Notes under the pieces: generated by a model
Told to the model about the DNA's origin: nothing
What the model saw: the letters and a program-made list of their open reading frames with translations, nothing else
Database searches by the model: none
Assembly (NCBI GenBank): GCA_964637575.1
Contig: CAZWVU010000002.1
Location: forward strand, 18,824-82,823
From: an uncultured Candidatus Saccharibacteria bacterium
Lineage (GTDB): Bacteria > Patescibacteriota > Minisyncoccia > UBA6257 > WO2-44-18
Length of the DNA: 64,000 nucleotides
Direction: 5' to 3'
Made by a program: the position numbers and the translations under genes
Shown: piece by piece, positions 1 through 9,879 of the stretch
Layout: every line of letters starts with the position of its first letter
Numbering within the stretch: position 1 is the first letter of the stretch

Positions 1-1
1 C

Positions 2-520
2 GCGCGCGATCTCGGGCGGCTCACTCTCAATCCGTTCAAACATCTGGATCTTTTCGGTTCAATCATTCTTCCCCTCACGCTCTTCATTCTTTCCCACGGC
101 GCCTTTGTCATCGGCTGGGCGAAGCCCGTGCCGTATAATCCCTATCATTTAAAAAATCCCCGGCGGGCGGCGGGTCTCATCGGGCTGGCCGGCCCGTTGA
201 GCAATCTGGCGATCGCCGGCGTGTTTGGCCTGGTTATCCGCGGGTTTTCCGGCGCTTCGCCGGAACTCGGAATGGCCCTTTCCTATATTGTATTCATCAA
301 CATCCTGCTGGCGGTGTTCAACCTTGTGCCGCTGCCGCCCCTGGACGGTTCCAATATTTTTTTTGCCCTTCTGCCGCGGAGCTGGTATGGAATCCAGCAG
401 GCATTGTCCCGTTACGGTTTCTGGCTGCTGATCATTTTTATTTTCTTCGGTTTTCAGCTGATTCTTCCCATAGTTGAAACGGTATTCCGCGCCTTTACCG
501 GAATGCCGGTTGCGTTCTAG
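2..520 (+). CDS. site-2 protease (peptidase M50) family membrane protein, C-terminal part; 5' end outside window
   Basis: Frame open from window edge; translation ...NPFKHLDLFGSIILP...GWAKPVPYNPYHLKNPRRAAGLIGLAGPLSNL... resembles conserved C-terminal region of RseP/SpoIVFB-type M50 proteases; hydrophobic. Confidence 0.5.
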   Translation, partial: ARDLGRLTLNPFKHLDLFGSIILPLTLFILSHGAFVIGWAKPVPYNPYHLKNPRRAAGLIGLAGPLSNLAIAGVFGLVIRGFSGASPELGMALSYIVFINILLAVFNLVPLPPLDGSNIFFALLPRSWYGIQQALSRYGFWLLIIFIFFGFQLILPIVETVFRAFTGMPVAF

Positions 521-529
521 CGCAAGGGT

Positions 530-559
530 TTGACTTGCGCCGCGGCTTTTTGCTATAGT
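530..559 (+). promoter_or_regulatory. candidate sigma70 promoter of the str operon (TTGACT-18 nt-TATAGT)
   Basis: -35-like TTGACT at 530-535 and -10-like TATAGT at 554-559, 17 nt upstream of rpsL ATG; overlaps a short hairpin gcgcaag...cttgcgc after the upstream stop. Confidence 0.35.
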
Positions 560-576
560 GTCTTCTACATATTGTT

Positions 577-996
577 ATGCCGACGATTCGACAGCTTGTC
601 CGCAAAGGACGCAAGAAAATCAATTATAAATCGAAAGCGCCCGCGATGACGCGGTATTTTAATTTTCTGAAGAACCGCCCGATGGAAGTGGCGGCGCCTT
701 TCAAACGCGGCGTCTGCGTGAAGGTTTTCACCACGACCCCGAAGAAGCCGAACTCAGCTTTGCGCAAAGTCGCCCGTGTGCGCCTTACCAACGGCATGGA
801 AATCACTGCGTATATTCCGGGCGAGGGACATAATCTCCAGGAACACTCCATCGTGATGGTGCGGGGCGGCCGCGTGAAAGACCTTCCGGGCGTGCGGTAT
901 CATATCGTCCGCGGCGTGCTGGACACGTCCGGTGTCAATGAACGCCATCAGCAGCGGTCAAAATACGGTGCGAAGAAACAGAAAGCGGCGCAATAA
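577..996 (+). CDS. rpsL: 30S ribosomal protein S12
   Basis: Translation [14 protein letters not shown]...[68 protein letters not shown] is near-identical to universal S12. Confidence 0.97.
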   Translation: MPTIRQLVRKGRKKINYKSKAPAMTRYFNFLKNRPMEVAAPFKRGVCVKVFTTTPKKPNSALRKVARVRLTNGMEITAYIPGEGHNLQEHSIVMVRGGRVKDLPGVRYHIVRGVLDTSGVNERHQQRSKYGAKKQKAAQ

Positions 997-1002
997 ACCA
1001 CA

Positions 1003-1470
1003 ATGAGAAAGAAACAAAACTATAAGAGAGAGAAAAAGCCGGATTTGAAACATGGCAGCGTGGTCATCGGCCGGTTTATTAACTATCTGATGCAGGACGG
1101 CAAGAAAGCGACCGCCGAGAAGATCATGTACAACACCTTTGAGAAAATCCAGAAGGATACGAAGGAGGATCCGGTGAAATTATTTGAAAAAGCGATGGAG
1201 AACGCCGCCCCGGCGGTGGAAACCGCGACCCGGCGCGTCGGCGGCGCCAACTATCAGGTGCCGGTGGAAGTCCGCCCGGACCGGCGTTTTATTCTCGCCG
1301 CCCGCTGGATTATTTCCGCCGCCCGCGCGAAGAAAGGAAAGCCGATGGCCTCCAAACTCGCGGAAGAATTCATCCTGGCCTCCAAGAACGAAGGCGCTGC
1401 GATCAAAAAGAAACAGGATATGCACCGCATGGCCGAAGCGAACAGAGCATTTGCCCACTTTTCGTGGTAA
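1003..1470 (+). CDS. rpsG: 30S ribosomal protein S7
   Basis: 155 aa, typical S7 sequence and position after rpsL. Confidence 0.95.
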   Translation: MRKKQNYKREKKPDLKHGSVVIGRFINYLMQDGKKATAEKIMYNTFEKIQKDTKEDPVKLFEKAMENAAPAVETATRRVGGANYQVPVEVRPDRRFILAARWIISAARAKKGKPMASKLAEEFILASKNEGAAIKKKQDMHRMAEANRAFAHFSW

Positions 1471-1472
1471 AC

Positions 1473-1508
1473 CTATAGGACGTACAAGTCCTATAGGACG
1501 TACAAGTC
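1473..1508 (+). repeat. tandem duplication of an 18-bp hairpin (CTATAGGAC-GTACAA-GTCCTATAG type) between rpsG and fusA
   Basis: ctataggacgtacaagtc occurs twice back to back (1473-1490, 1491-1508); each unit is an imperfect palindrome TAGGAC..GTCCTA; fusA ATG follows 4 nt later. Confidence 0.8.
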
Positions 1509-1512
1509 CTAT

Positions 1513-3618
1513 ATGCCCCGATTATATCCATTAGACAGAATCCGTGACTTTGGCATTATCGCCCACATTGACGCGGGCAAGACCACTGTGTCCGAACGCG
1601 TGCTTTTTTATACCGGCGTATCCCACAAGATTGGCGAAGTACACACCGGTGACACCGTGATGGACTGGATGGAACAGGAACGTGAGCGCGGCATCACCAT
1701 CACCGCCGCTGCGACGACCGCGTTCTGGATCCCGACCTACGCGCACGGCGACAAGAACAAAGAAATCCGCTTCAACCTGATCGACACTCCCGGCCACATC
1801 GACTTTACTGTTGAAGTAAAGCGTTCTCTCCGCGTGCTCGACGGCGCGGTGGTGGTCTTTGACGGCGTATCCGGCGTGGAACCGCAATCCGAAACCAACT
1901 GGCGCTACGCCGACGACTACGGCGTGCCGCGCATCTGCTTTATCAATAAAATGGACCGTATGGGCGCCGACTTTGTCGCCGATGTGAAGTCTATCCAGGA
2001 GCGGCTCAACCCGCACGCGATTCCGGTGCAGATCCCGATGGGCGCCGAATCCAATTTCGAAGGCGTGATCGATCTGATGCGGATGAAGGCCTACTATTTT
2101 GAAGGAGAGAAGGGCGAAAAAATCATTGAAAAAGATATTCCTGAAAAATGGCACGAGGAAGCCAAAAAGTACCGCCACGCGCTGATGGAGAAAATCGTGG
2201 AGCAGGACGAAAAAGTGATGAGCGACTACCTGGATGGCAAGGAGCCGGATCTTGCCACTCTGAAGAGTTTGCTTCGCGCCGCCTGCCTGAAAGTGCAGAT
2301 CATCCCGATTTTTTGCGGTTCCGCGCTCAAGAATAAGGGTGTCCAGCTGGTGCTCGACGGTGTGGTGGACTATCTCCCGTCGCCGCTCGATATCAAACCG
2401 ACCAAAGCCATTGACGTGAATACGGGCGCCGAGCTCGGCCGCAAAGCGTCCGACGCCGAACCGTTTACCGCGCTCGCGTTCAAGATCGCGACCGATCCGT
2501 TCGTCGGTTCGCTCACATTCTTCCGCGTGTATTCCGGTGTACTGAAAAAAGGAAGCTATATTCTGAACTCGTCCAAAGGAAAGACCGAGCGGGTCAGCCG
2601 CATCGTGAAGATGCACGCCAACCAGCGCGAGGAAATCGACGAAATTTACGCGGGAGAGATTGGCGCGCTTGTCGGACTGAAGGACACCACCACCGGTGAC
2701 ACGCTTTGCGATCCTGATCATCCGGTAACACTCGAGAAGATCAAGTTTCCGGAACCGGTTATCGGCATCCGCATTGAGCCGAAAACGAAAGCCGACCAGG
2801 AAAAAATGGGACTGGCGCTCCGGCGTCTGGCCGACGAAGACCCGACTTTCCGGGTCACCGGTGACTTGGAAACAGGGGAGACGATCATTTCCGGCATGGG
2901 CGAACTGCACTTGGATATCATTGTCGACCGCATGAAACGCGAATTCGGCGTGGAGTCCAACGTCGGGCGTCCGCAGGTTGCGTATAAAGAAACAATTCAG
3001 GGTGAGGCCGAAGGCGAAGGTAAATACATCAAGCAGTCCGGCGGTAAGGGTCAGTATGGCCACGCCTGGGTGAAGATTGAACCGATGGAACGCGGCAAGG
3101 GTTTCGAATTCCTCAACGAGATCAAGGGCGGTTCGGTGCCGAAAGAATTTATTGCTCCGATTGAAAAAGGCGTGAAGGAAGCCATCACGAAGGGCGTCGT
3201 CGCCGGATATCCGATGATCGACGTGAGAGTGACGCTCTTTGACGGATCGTTCCATGAAGTGGACTCGTCCGAAGCGGCGTTTAAAATCGCCGGCTCCATG
3301 GCATTTAAAGATGCCGCCAACAAGGCGAAGCCGGTCATTCTTGAACCGATCATGAAGATCCAGGTCATTGCTCCAGCCGACTATCTCGGCGATGTAACCG
3401 GCGACTTGAGTTCCAAGCGCGGCCGTATTGAAGAGATGAGCGACCGGCTCGGCGGTCTGAAAGTAGTGGACGCGATGGTGCCGCTTTCCGAAATGTTCGG
3501 CTACGCGACCAAGCTCCGCTCCATGTCCCAGGGCCGCGGTAACTTCACGATGGAATTCGATCACTACGAGCCGGTGCCACAGAATGTTGCCGCTTTGATC
3601 AAAGAAGGGAAAAAATAA
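1513..3618 (+). CDS. fusA: translation elongation factor G
   Basis: 701 aa; [10 protein letters not shown]1 motif, DTPGHIDF, full EF-G domain order; canonical position after rpsG. Confidence 0.97.
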   Translation: MPRLYPLDRIRDFGIIAHIDAGKTTVSERVLFYTGVSHKIGEVHTGDTVMDWMEQERERGITITAAATTAFWIPTYAHGDKNKEIRFNLIDTPGHIDFTVEVKRSLRVLDGAVVVFDGVSGVEPQSETNWRYADDYGVPRICFINKMDRMGADFVADVKSIQERLNPHAIPVQIPMGAESNFEGVIDLMRMKAYYFEGEKGEKIIEKDIPEKWHEEAKKYRHALMEKIVEQDEKVMSDYLDGKEPDLATLKSLLRAACLKVQIIPIFCGSALKNKGVQLVLDGVVDYLPSPLDIKPTKAIDVNTGAELGRKASDAEPFTALAFKIATDPFVGSLTFFRVYSGVLKKGSYILNSSKGKTERVSRIVKMHANQREEIDEIYAGEIGALVGLKDTTTGDTLCDPDHPVTLEKIKFPEPVIGIRIEPKTKADQEKMGLALRRLADEDPTFRVTGDLETGETIISGMGELHLDIIVDRMKREFGVESNVGRPQVAYKETIQGEAEGEGKYIKQSGGKGQYGHAWVKIEPMERGKGFEFLNEIKGGSVPKEFIAPIEKGVKEAITKGVVAGYPMIDVRVTLFDGSFHEVDSSEAAFKIAGSMAFKDAANKAKPVILEPIMKIQVIAPADYLGDVTGDLSSKRGRIEEMSDRLGGLKVVDAMVPLSEMFGYATKLRSMSQGRGNFTMEFDHYEPVPQNVAALIKEGKK

Positions 3619-3620
3619 AA

Positions 3621-3649
3621 GCCGCTGGACAAATCCGGCGGTTTTTATT
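3621..3649 (+). terminator. rho-independent terminator after fusA
   Basis: hairpin gccgctgg-acaaat-ccggcgg followed by TTTTTATT. Confidence 0.6.
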
Positions 3650-3683
3650 ATTGTGAATCCAGTTTTTTTGAAAGGGGATCTGT

Positions 3684-4586
3684 ATGCTGTTCGCGAGAAT
3701 AATCCTGGCGCTGATCGCGGTGGGCGCGGGCGCTGCGGACTGGCTGCTCTGGGACGCGGTGAAGGATAACTCCGGCAATCCAACTTTGGGAAGGATGTTT
3801 ATCGTCTGGGCCAGCGCGCTGTTCGCGCTTCCGGCGATCGCCGTATTCCTTCTGTCGTTCCTGAAAGGCACCATAAAAGACGGGAAGATTCTGGTTGGCA
3901 AAGACCATTCGATAATTAAATTCGCCACGTTCTGGTGCGACAGAGAAGCAGAAAAAGATGACAGCATCCTGAAGAAGTTGAATGTCTGCGGATTGTTCTG
4001 GCTCACGTGGTTCAGTCTCTCGGTCAGCTTCGGGGTCATCGCAATGGCGGCCGGAGCGGTTTTCTGCGGCATCGCTGTTATAAAAAGTATCGCAGGCGAT
4101 GCGCCGCTTCATTTCCGAAATGGAATACAGCATCCCTGGATCGCGCTCTGCTCAATTATTGTGTGTATCGGAAGTTTTACCGGGGCATTCGTTGCAGGCG
4201 TGAAAACTCAAAGCAAGGCGGGAAAATGGTTTTTCTTTGGATTGAGCGGCGCGATCCTTGTCGGATTTGGCGGATTCTGCGCCCCAATGCTGGAATTTAC
4301 CGAGCAGATGCCTTTTTCGGAAGCGCTGTCGGCGTACTGGGCGGCATTGCAAAAGAACGGATTGATGTACGCCGGGATCATACTCGGATTTATTGTCGGG
4401 ATCGCGCTGGTGCTCGGAATGATCTTCGGCATGTTTGTCGGGATCAAGTCGCTCCGCACCACGGTCATCGGAAAAATTCTTTCTGAAGGCTGGAAGGCGT
4501 TCAAGACGAGAACGTGCCCGGTCGTTTCAGTGATCGGAATTGAGAAAGGGCCCGTAAAGGAGACCGCCAATGGAAACGCTGGCTAG
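3684..4586 (+). CDS. hypothetical polytopic membrane protein inserted between fusA and tuf
   Basis: 300-aa ORF with good RBS (aaggggatctgtATG), multiple long hydrophobic segments; no recognisable family. Confidence 0.65.
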   Translation: MLFARIILALIAVGAGAADWLLWDAVKDNSGNPTLGRMFIVWASALFALPAIAVFLLSFLKGTIKDGKILVGKDHSIIKFATFWCDREAEKDDSILKKLNVCGLFWLTWFSLSVSFGVIAMAAGAVFCGIAVIKSIAGDAPLHFRNGIQHPWIALCSIIVCIGSFTGAFVAGVKTQSKAGKWFFFGLSGAILVGFGGFCAPMLEFTEQMPFSEALSAYWAALQKNGLMYAGIILGFIVGIALVLGMIFGMFVGIKSLRTTVIGKILSEGWKAFKTRTCPVVSVIGIEKGPVKETANGNAG

Positions 4587-4830
4587 CGGATCTGATACGC
4601 GGAAGATCAAGATCCGGCTGGAGAAGCTGCTTTGGCAGATCAGGCGTGCGGAAACCAAGCAGCAAAAAACAAAAAATCGCGCGGAAAAAATTCAGCGGGA
4701 AATCGAAGCGGGGACCGTTTTGTTGGTCAATCTGGCCTGCGCCATCAAAACGACCGTCGCGGAGCTGGATGCCGCCGGCTGGAACCGCGCCGCATTTGAA
4801 AAGCGCACCGGCTTGAAGCTTCCCAGTTAG
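4570..4830 (+). CDS. hypothetical small charged coiled-coil protein
   Basis: 86 aa; AGGAG RBS 7 nt upstream; overlaps preceding membrane-protein gene by 17 nt (coupled); KR/E-rich helix-like composition. Confidence 0.5.
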   Translation: METLASGSDTRKIKIRLEKLLWQIRRAETKQQKTKNRAEKIQREIEAGTVLLVNLACAIKTTVAELDAAGWNRAAFEKRTGLKLPS

Positions 4831-4839
4831 CAAAATAAA

Positions 4840-4866
4840 ACACCCCACACTTGGGGTGTTTTCATT
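4840..4866 (+). terminator. rho-independent terminator
   Basis: acaccccacac-ttggggtgt hairpin followed by TTTCATT. Confidence 0.65.
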
Positions 4867-4943
4867 CCGCGCTGCTCAAACCAAACCACCACCTCAAAAA
4901 ATCGCGAAAGAAAGAGCTACCGCCCTGCTCCACGGGGAGCGTT

Positions 4944-5013
4944 TCGGAGCCGATTCGGCTGGCCTGACGCATGGTTGCGTCAGAGCCGTCAGACGCCTTG
5001 CGAATCGGCGAGA
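4944..5013 (+). repeat. structured repeat family 2, copy A (core), inside a ~220-bp ORF-less region upstream of the tuf promoter
   Basis: tcggagcCGATTCGGCTGGCCTGACGCATGGTTGCGTCAGAGCC...GCCTTGCGAATCGGCGAGA; near-identical core at 39887-39955; perfect 8-bp hairpin ctgacgca/tgcgtcag; GATTCG pairs with CGAATC. Confidence 0.6.
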
Positions 5014-5091
5014 ACCAGGCGACTTTTGCCGCGGGAGCAAAAGGACGCCGTGCTCCCGAGGAGCTGGGGTGGCAGCTTATCCCTCCACCCC

Positions 5092-5120
5092 TTGACACTA
5101 AAGCTACTTCTTATATACAA
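5092..5120 (+). promoter_or_regulatory. candidate promoter for tuf (TTGACA -35, TATACA/ATACAA -10)
   Basis: TTGACA at 5092-5097, A/T-rich -10 candidates 16-17 nt downstream; follows terminator and structured region, 65 nt upstream of tuf. Confidence 0.35.
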
Positions 5121-5188
5121 TCTCTGTATTGTTAATTATTAGAAAAAGTCGCGAATTTTTATTACAAAAATATAAACGTTAGAAGATT

Positions 5189-6391
5189 ATGGCAGAAAAG
5201 GAGAAATTTCAGAGGACTAAACCTCACGTAAACGTCGGAACTATCGGTCACGTCGACCACGGGAAAACCACGCTCAGCGCGGCGATTACCCATGTCGCGT
5301 CTTTGCTCGGTCGGGGTAAGGAAAAAGCGTACGCAGATATCGCCAAAGGCGGTACCGTCCGCGATGACAGCAAAATCGTCACCATCGCGGTGTCGCACTT
5401 GGAATACGAATCCGAGAAGCGCCACTATGCGCACATCGACTGCCCCGGGCACGCCGATTACATTAAAAACATGATCACGGGTGCCGCGCAGATGGACGGC
5501 GCCATTCTGGTGGTGTCCGCTGTGGACGGCCCGATGCCTCAGACCCGCGAGCACATTCTTTTGGCCCGTCAGGTCGGCGTTCCTTCCATTGTAGTGTTCC
5601 TGAACAAGGTTGACCTCGTTTCTGACAAGGAACTTGTTGACCTCGTGGAAGCCGAAGTCCGCGAACTTTTGAAGAAGTACGAGTATCCGGGCGATACGAC
5701 CCCGATTATCCGCGGTTCCGCGTTGGCGGCGCTGAATGCCAAGTCCGCCACGGATGAGGGCGCGAAGCCGATCCTTGATTTGATGAAAGCGCTGGATGAA
5801 TTCATTCCGGAACCGGTCCGCGATACCGCCAAGCCGTTCCTGATGGCGATCGAAGATATCTTCTCGATTGAAGGCCGTGGCACCGTAGTCACCGGCAAGA
5901 TTGAGCGTGGCATGTGCAAACTGAACGAAGAAGTGGAAATTATCGGTCTTCGTCCGAATATGAAGTCGGTAATCACCGGCATCGAAATGTTCAACAAACT
6001 GATGGATGAAGGACGTGCTGGCGACAATGTCGGTCTCTTGATGCGCGGTTTGAAGAAAGAAGATGTGGAGCGCGGCCAGGTAGTTGCCAAGCCGGGTTCC
6101 GTGGTTCCGCACACCGAATTCGAAGCGGAAGTCTACATTTTGAGCAAAGACGAAGGTGGCCGCCATACTCCGTTTTTCAAGGGATACAAGCCGCAGTTCT
6201 ATATCCGCACGACCGATGTTACCGGCGAGGTAACCTTGCCGGCGGGAATGGAAATGGTAATGCCGGGTGATACCATTCAGTTTGCTGTGAAACTGATCGC
6301 GCCGGTAGCGCTGGAAGATAAGCAGCGCTTCGCCATCCGCGAAGGCGGCAAGACCGTCGGTGCCGGTGTCGTTACCAAAATTACGAAATAA
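5189..6391 (+). CDS. tuf: translation elongation factor Tu
   Basis: 400 aa; [41 protein letters not shown] motifs. Confidence 0.98.
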   Translation: MAEKEKFQRTKPHVNVGTIGHVDHGKTTLSAAITHVASLLGRGKEKAYADIAKGGTVRDDSKIVTIAVSHLEYESEKRHYAHIDCPGHADYIKNMITGAAQMDGAILVVSAVDGPMPQTREHILLARQVGVPSIVVFLNKVDLVSDKELVDLVEAEVRELLKKYEYPGDTTPIIRGSALAALNAKSATDEGAKPILDLMKALDEFIPEPVRDTAKPFLMAIEDIFSIEGRGTVVTGKIERGMCKLNEEVEIIGLRPNMKSVITGIEMFNKLMDEGRAGDNVGLLMRGLKKEDVERGQVVAKPGSVVPHTEFEAEVYILSKDEGGRHTPFFKGYKPQFYIRTTDVTGEVTLPAGMEMVMPGDTIQFAVKLIAPVALEDKQRFAIREGGKTVGAGVVTKITK

Positions 6392-6416
6392 TAATCTCAG
6401 AACACCGCTCTTTACT

Positions 6417-6743
6417 ATGGCCAAACAAAAGGAAGAACAGGAGAAGCTTCGCCTGCGCATCAAAGCGTATGACAGCAAGCTGATCGATAATTCCGCGAAG
6501 CAGATCGTGGACACCGCGAAGCGGCACGATGCCGAGGTAATCGGCCCGATTCCGCTTCCGACGGAGATGAAGAAGTACACGGTCAACCGTTCCACCTTCG
6601 TGCACAAGAATTCCCGGGAGCAGTTTGAACTCCGGGTGCATAAGCGTCTGATCGACATTCTTAATCCCAACCAGGGATTGATCGAGTCCCTTTCGCACCT
6701 GAATCTTCCTTCCGGTGTGGACATAGAAATCAAGATGGTCTAA
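6417..6743 (+). CDS. rpsJ: 30S ribosomal protein S10
   Basis: Start chosen at [19 protein letters not shown] (ATG 6417) just after tuf stop; S10 fold sequence; the longer 6360 ORF overlaps tuf. Confidence 0.9.
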   Translation: MAKQKEEQEKLRLRIKAYDSKLIDNSAKQIVDTAKRHDAEVIGPIPLPTEMKKYTVNRSTFVHKNSREQFELRVHKRLIDILNPNQGLIESLSHLNLPSGVDIEIKMV

Positions 6744-6756
6744 CCGATGATACAGC

Positions 6757-6782
6757 AAGAGCCCCGCATCCGCGGGGCTCTT
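6757..6782 (+). promoter_or_regulatory. perfect 11-bp stem/4-nt loop hairpin between rpsJ and rplC (not followed by U-tract)
   Basis: aagagccccgc-atcc-gcggggctctt; 107-nt gap between S10 and L3 is unusually long for this operon. Confidence 0.5.
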
Positions 6783-6850
6783 GCGTTATAAGCGGCGTTT
6801 GTGTAGAATAGTAATCACTGTGTTTATTTTATTTCCACTTCAGGGAACAC

Positions 6851-7270
6851 ATGGAAAAACTTATTGGAAAAAAGTTAAAAATGGATCAGGTATTTGTGGG
6901 CGACAAAGTTTTCGGCGTAACCCCGGTAAAAATCGAAACGGGTAATTTTGAGTCCGTGAAGGCAGGCGATCTCGTCGAAGTCAGCGGCATCAACAAGGGC
7001 CGGGGATTTCAGGGCGTCGTTAAGCGTCACGGTTTTCACGGCGGACCGCGCACACACGGTCAGAAAAACCGCCATCGGGCGCCGGGTTCCATCGGCAACA
7101 CTACTCCTCAGCGCGTCATTCCCGGACGGCGCATGGCCGGTCACATGGGTATGGAGCGGATTACCAGCAAGAATATCAAGGTGGTGGAAATCAACGCGGA
7201 AAATAAAATTTTGTTTCTCAACGGCGCGGTTCCGGGATACAAAGGAAATAAAGTTGAGATTTATAAATAA
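6851..7270 (+). CDS. rplC: 50S ribosomal protein L3 (short form, 139 aa)
   Basis: N- and C-terminal L3 blocks ([10 protein letters not shown]..., [15 protein letters not shown]..., [23 protein letters not shown]) present; ~70 central residues of typical L3 absent. Confidence 0.9.
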   Translation: MEKLIGKKLKMDQVFVGDKVFGVTPVKIETGNFESVKAGDLVEVSGINKGRGFQGVVKRHGFHGGPRTHGQKNRHRAPGSIGNTTPQRVIPGRRMAGHMGMERITSKNIKVVEINAENKILFLNGAVPGYKGNKVEIYK

Positions 7271-7276
7271 ACTCCG

Positions 7277-7882
7277 ATGAAAGCCCAGGTCTACAATTTA
7301 AAAGGCGACGTGGTGGGGGATATTGAACTCTCCGACAAAATTTTCGCCCGCGAGTGGAATGCCGACCTGGTGCATCAGATCGCGCTGTCGCAGGCGGCCA
7401 ACCGCCGGCTTCCCTGGGCGCATTCTAAAAACCGCGGCGAAGTGCGCGGTGGCGGCGTGAAGCCGTGGAAACAGAAACATACCGGCCGCGCCCGTCACGG
7501 CTCCATCCGTTCTCCTATCTGGAAAGGCGGCGGTGTTACCCATGGACCGGTTGTTGAGCGCGATTACTCCAAGAAAGTGAATAAAAAAATGCTTCGGGTA
7601 GCGATCCATTCCGTGCTCTCCAAGAAATTGGCCGAGGGCCAGTTGCGGATCGTGGATTCCCTGCAAATTGAAGCTCCGAAAACGAAGCTCATGTTCAACG
7701 CGGTCAAAAGCCTTCTGCCGGCGCTGCTCGTTCCGGAAACCAAGCATTCCCAGATGGTGGGCCGCGCGTCCCGCAACATCCCGAAAGCGAAGTCACTGAA
7801 CGGCGCGTCCATTAACGTTGAGGATCTGTTGCGCTATAAAAATATCCTGCTCGAAAAAAACGCGGTGGCGGAAATTAAATAA
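7277..7882 (+). CDS. rplD: 50S ribosomal protein L4
   Basis: 201 aa; L4 sequence and position. Confidence 0.93.
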   Translation: MKAQVYNLKGDVVGDIELSDKIFAREWNADLVHQIALSQAANRRLPWAHSKNRGEVRGGGVKPWKQKHTGRARHGSIRSPIWKGGGVTHGPVVERDYSKKVNKKMLRVAIHSVLSKKLAEGQLRIVDSLQIEAPKTKLMFNAVKSLLPALLVPETKHSQMVGRASRNIPKAKSLNGASINVEDLLRYKNILLEKNAVAEIK

Positions 7883-7883
7883 T

Positions 7884-8165
7884 ATGGACAAGACCATCAT
7901 CAAGAACCCGATCATCACTGAAAAAGCCACGATGCTCAGCGCCGACCGCAAGTACGTGTTTTTGGTTGCCAACCATGCCACCAAGCCGGAAATCAAAAAA
8001 GCGCTTCAACATATCTATAAGGTGAATGTGGAAAACGTCCAGGTAGTAAATACCCGTCCGAAACCCCGGCGCATGGGCGCTCACACGAACCTGAAGCCGG
8101 GATACCGGAAGGCGATCGTCACCCTGAAAGAAGGTCAGAAATTGGATGTCCTGCCGCACGCATAA
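7884..8165 (+). CDS. rplW: 50S ribosomal protein L23
   Basis: Start at MDKTIIKNPIITEKA (ATG 7884) right after L4 stop; L23 sequence. Confidence 0.9.
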   Translation: MDKTIIKNPIITEKATMLSADRKYVFLVANHATKPEIKKALQHIYKVNVENVQVVNTRPKPRRMGAHTNLKPGYRKAIVTLKEGQKLDVLPHA

Positions 8166-8179
8166 TATCCACTAATTTT

Positions 8180-9013
8180 ATGAAGCAATTTAAACCCACA
8201 AGTCCGTCACGGCGCCAGATGACCACCGTTCCTTACCGGGAGCTGATCACGACCCGCGAGCCGCACAAGCAGCTGACGATGCGTCTCCGCACCAACGCCG
8301 GCCGCAATAACCGCGGTGTCATTACCACGCGTCATCAGGGCGGCGGCAACAAAAAAATATACCGTGTCGTGGATTTTCTTCAGAATAAAGTAGGTATTCC
8401 GGGCCGGGTGGAAACCGTTGAGTATGATCCGTACCGCAGCGCCTTCATCGCGTTAATTTCCTACAAAGACGGGGAGCGCCGCTATATTCTGGCGCCGAAG
8501 GATCTTAAAGTGGGAGACATGATCGTGACCGCGGAGCAGGCTGAACTGAAACCAGGCAACCGGCTGAAGATCAAAAATGTTCCGGTCGGCTACCAGGTCC
8601 ATAATGTGGAAATCCGCGCGGGAGGCGGCGCCCGCCTGGCCCGCTCCGCCGGCGCCTATGCCGAAGTGCTCGCCCATGAAGGCGGCCTTACCGACCTCCG
8701 TCTTGGCTCCAAAGAAATCCGCAAGGTTTCTTCCGAAGGCTGGGCTTCCATTGGACAAGTTTCCAATCCTGATTATAATCTTACGAATATCGGAAAAGCC
8801 GGCCGTTCCCGCTGGCTGGGCATCCGCCCGACTGTGCGAGGCACGGTCATGAATCCGGTAGATCATCCGTACGGTGGCGGTGAAGGCAAACAGCCGCGTG
8901 GCACCAAGCGTCCGAAGACAATGTGGGGCAAGATTACCGGCGGCCGGAAGACCCGTCACGCGAAAAAGTGGTCGTCCAAATGGATCGTCCAGCGGCGTCC
9001 GAAAGTCCGCTAA
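8180..9013 (+). CDS. rplB: 50S ribosomal protein L2
   Basis: 277 aa; ...NPVDHPYGGGEGK... hallmark. Confidence 0.97.
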   Translation: MKQFKPTSPSRRQMTTVPYRELITTREPHKQLTMRLRTNAGRNNRGVITTRHQGGGNKKIYRVVDFLQNKVGIPGRVETVEYDPYRSAFIALISYKDGERRYILAPKDLKVGDMIVTAEQAELKPGNRLKIKNVPVGYQVHNVEIRAGGGARLARSAGAYAEVLAHEGGLTDLRLGSKEIRKVSSEGWASIGQVSNPDYNLTNIGKAGRSRWLGIRPTVRGTVMNPVDHPYGGGEGKQPRGTKRPKTMWGKITGGRKTRHAKKWSSKWIVQRRPKVR

Positions 9014-9022
9014 TAAAATAAT

Positions 9023-9364
9023 ATGTCACGCTCAAGCAAAAAAGGTCCTTTCGTGGATCCAAAATTAATGAAGAAGATCTCCAGGCTGAAGACCGGCGAC
9101 AAGACGGTTATTAAGACGTGGTCGCGTGATTCGGAGATCGCGCCGGAAATGGTGGGCTTCACCATCGGGGTACACAACGGCAAATCCCACATCGAAGTGC
9201 TGATTAAGGAAGAGATGGTCGGTCACCGTCTGGGTGAGTTTTCTCCGACGCGCAAATTCGTAAAACATGGAGGTAAGATGCAGCGTGAATTGGAGGTCGC
9301 CGCGCAGGCCGCGGAAGCGCAGAAAGCCGCCGCCGCGAAAACCGCGCCTGAAGCCAAGAAATAA
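9023..9364 (+). CDS. rpsS: 30S ribosomal protein S19 with ~20-aa Ala/Lys-rich C-terminal extension
   Basis: [15 protein letters not shown]...GHRLGEF typical S19; extra tail ...[22 protein letters not shown]. Confidence 0.95.
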   Translation: MSRSSKKGPFVDPKLMKKISRLKTGDKTVIKTWSRDSEIAPEMVGFTIGVHNGKSHIEVLIKEEMVGHRLGEFSPTRKFVKHGGKMQRELEVAAQAAEAQKAAAAKTAPEAKK

Positions 9365-9375
9365 ATATATCGAGT

Positions 9376-9870
9376 ATGGCAATGCAAACCGCAAAACTTA
9401 ATTATCTGAAAATCGCCCCGCGTAAAGTACGGCTTATTGCCAATACCTTGAAGGGACTCTCGGTCAAGGAAGCGGAGGCCCAGCTGGTGCTCCGCATTCA
9501 GCGTTCCTCGGAGCCGCTGTTGAAACTGCTCCGTTCCGCGGTTGCCAATGCGAAAAATAATAAGCTGGATACCAGCAAACTTTTCATCAGCTCAATCCTC
9601 GTAAATCAGGGACCGATGCTCAAGCGGTTTATGCCGCGCGCCCAGGGCCGCGCCACTCCGATCCACAAGAAAATGAGCCACGTCGTCCTGACACTGTCCG
9701 AACAGGAACACGCATTCGTTGACCGCTTCGTGATCAATCCTCCCGCGAAAAAAGTGAAAGAAACCAAAGAACGGGCCAAACCGAAGGCCGAAGAAGTTAA
9801 GAAGGAAACCGCGACCGGAACCAAGAAGCCGGGACTCTTAAAGCGGATGTTCCGCCGGACGGCTGTATAA
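9376..9870 (+). CDS. rplV: 50S ribosomal protein L22 with basic C-terminal extension
   Basis: 164 aa; L22 core then KKVKETKERAKPKAEEVKKE... tail. Confidence 0.93.
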   Translation: MAMQTAKLNYLKIAPRKVRLIANTLKGLSVKEAEAQLVLRIQRSSEPLLKLLRSAVANAKNNKLDTSKLFISSILVNQGPMLKRFMPRAQGRATPIHKKMSHVVLTLSEQEHAFVDRFVINPPAKKVKETKERAKPKAEEVKKETATGTKKPGLLKRMFRRTAV

Positions 9871-9879
9871 CACACCAAT

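Noticed and set aside
1473-1508. Possible CRISPR array (tandem repeats here and the interspersed hairpin repeats)
   Set aside because: There are only two abutting 18-bp units with no spacers. The family-1 and family-2 repeats are kilobases apart, not regularly spaced. No cas genes beyond a lone Cas4-like nuclease fold.
1531-3783. 750-aa ORF antisense to fusA (likewise 5162..6733 antisense to tuf, 33081..33812, 35036..36217 etc.)
   Set aside because: Long stop-free antisense frames are expected in GC-rich coding DNA. The sense-strand genes are unambiguous (EF-G, EF-Tu, FadB, ACAD). The antisense translations are low-complexity Arg/Gly/Ala-rich.
4868-5090. tRNA genes upstream of tuf, or tRNA/tmRNA/RNase P/SRP RNA in the large non-coding gaps (4868-5090, 19023-19190, 39668-40030, 47244-47810, 55101-55427)
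   Set aside because: I looked for cloverleaf-compatible stems with a GTTCRANYC T-loop, for the RNase P GGAAAGUCCGG block, for the SRP GGAA-tetraloop domain and for a tRNA-like CCA 3' end. None was found by eye. A proper scan (tRNAscan-SE/Infernal) is still needed.
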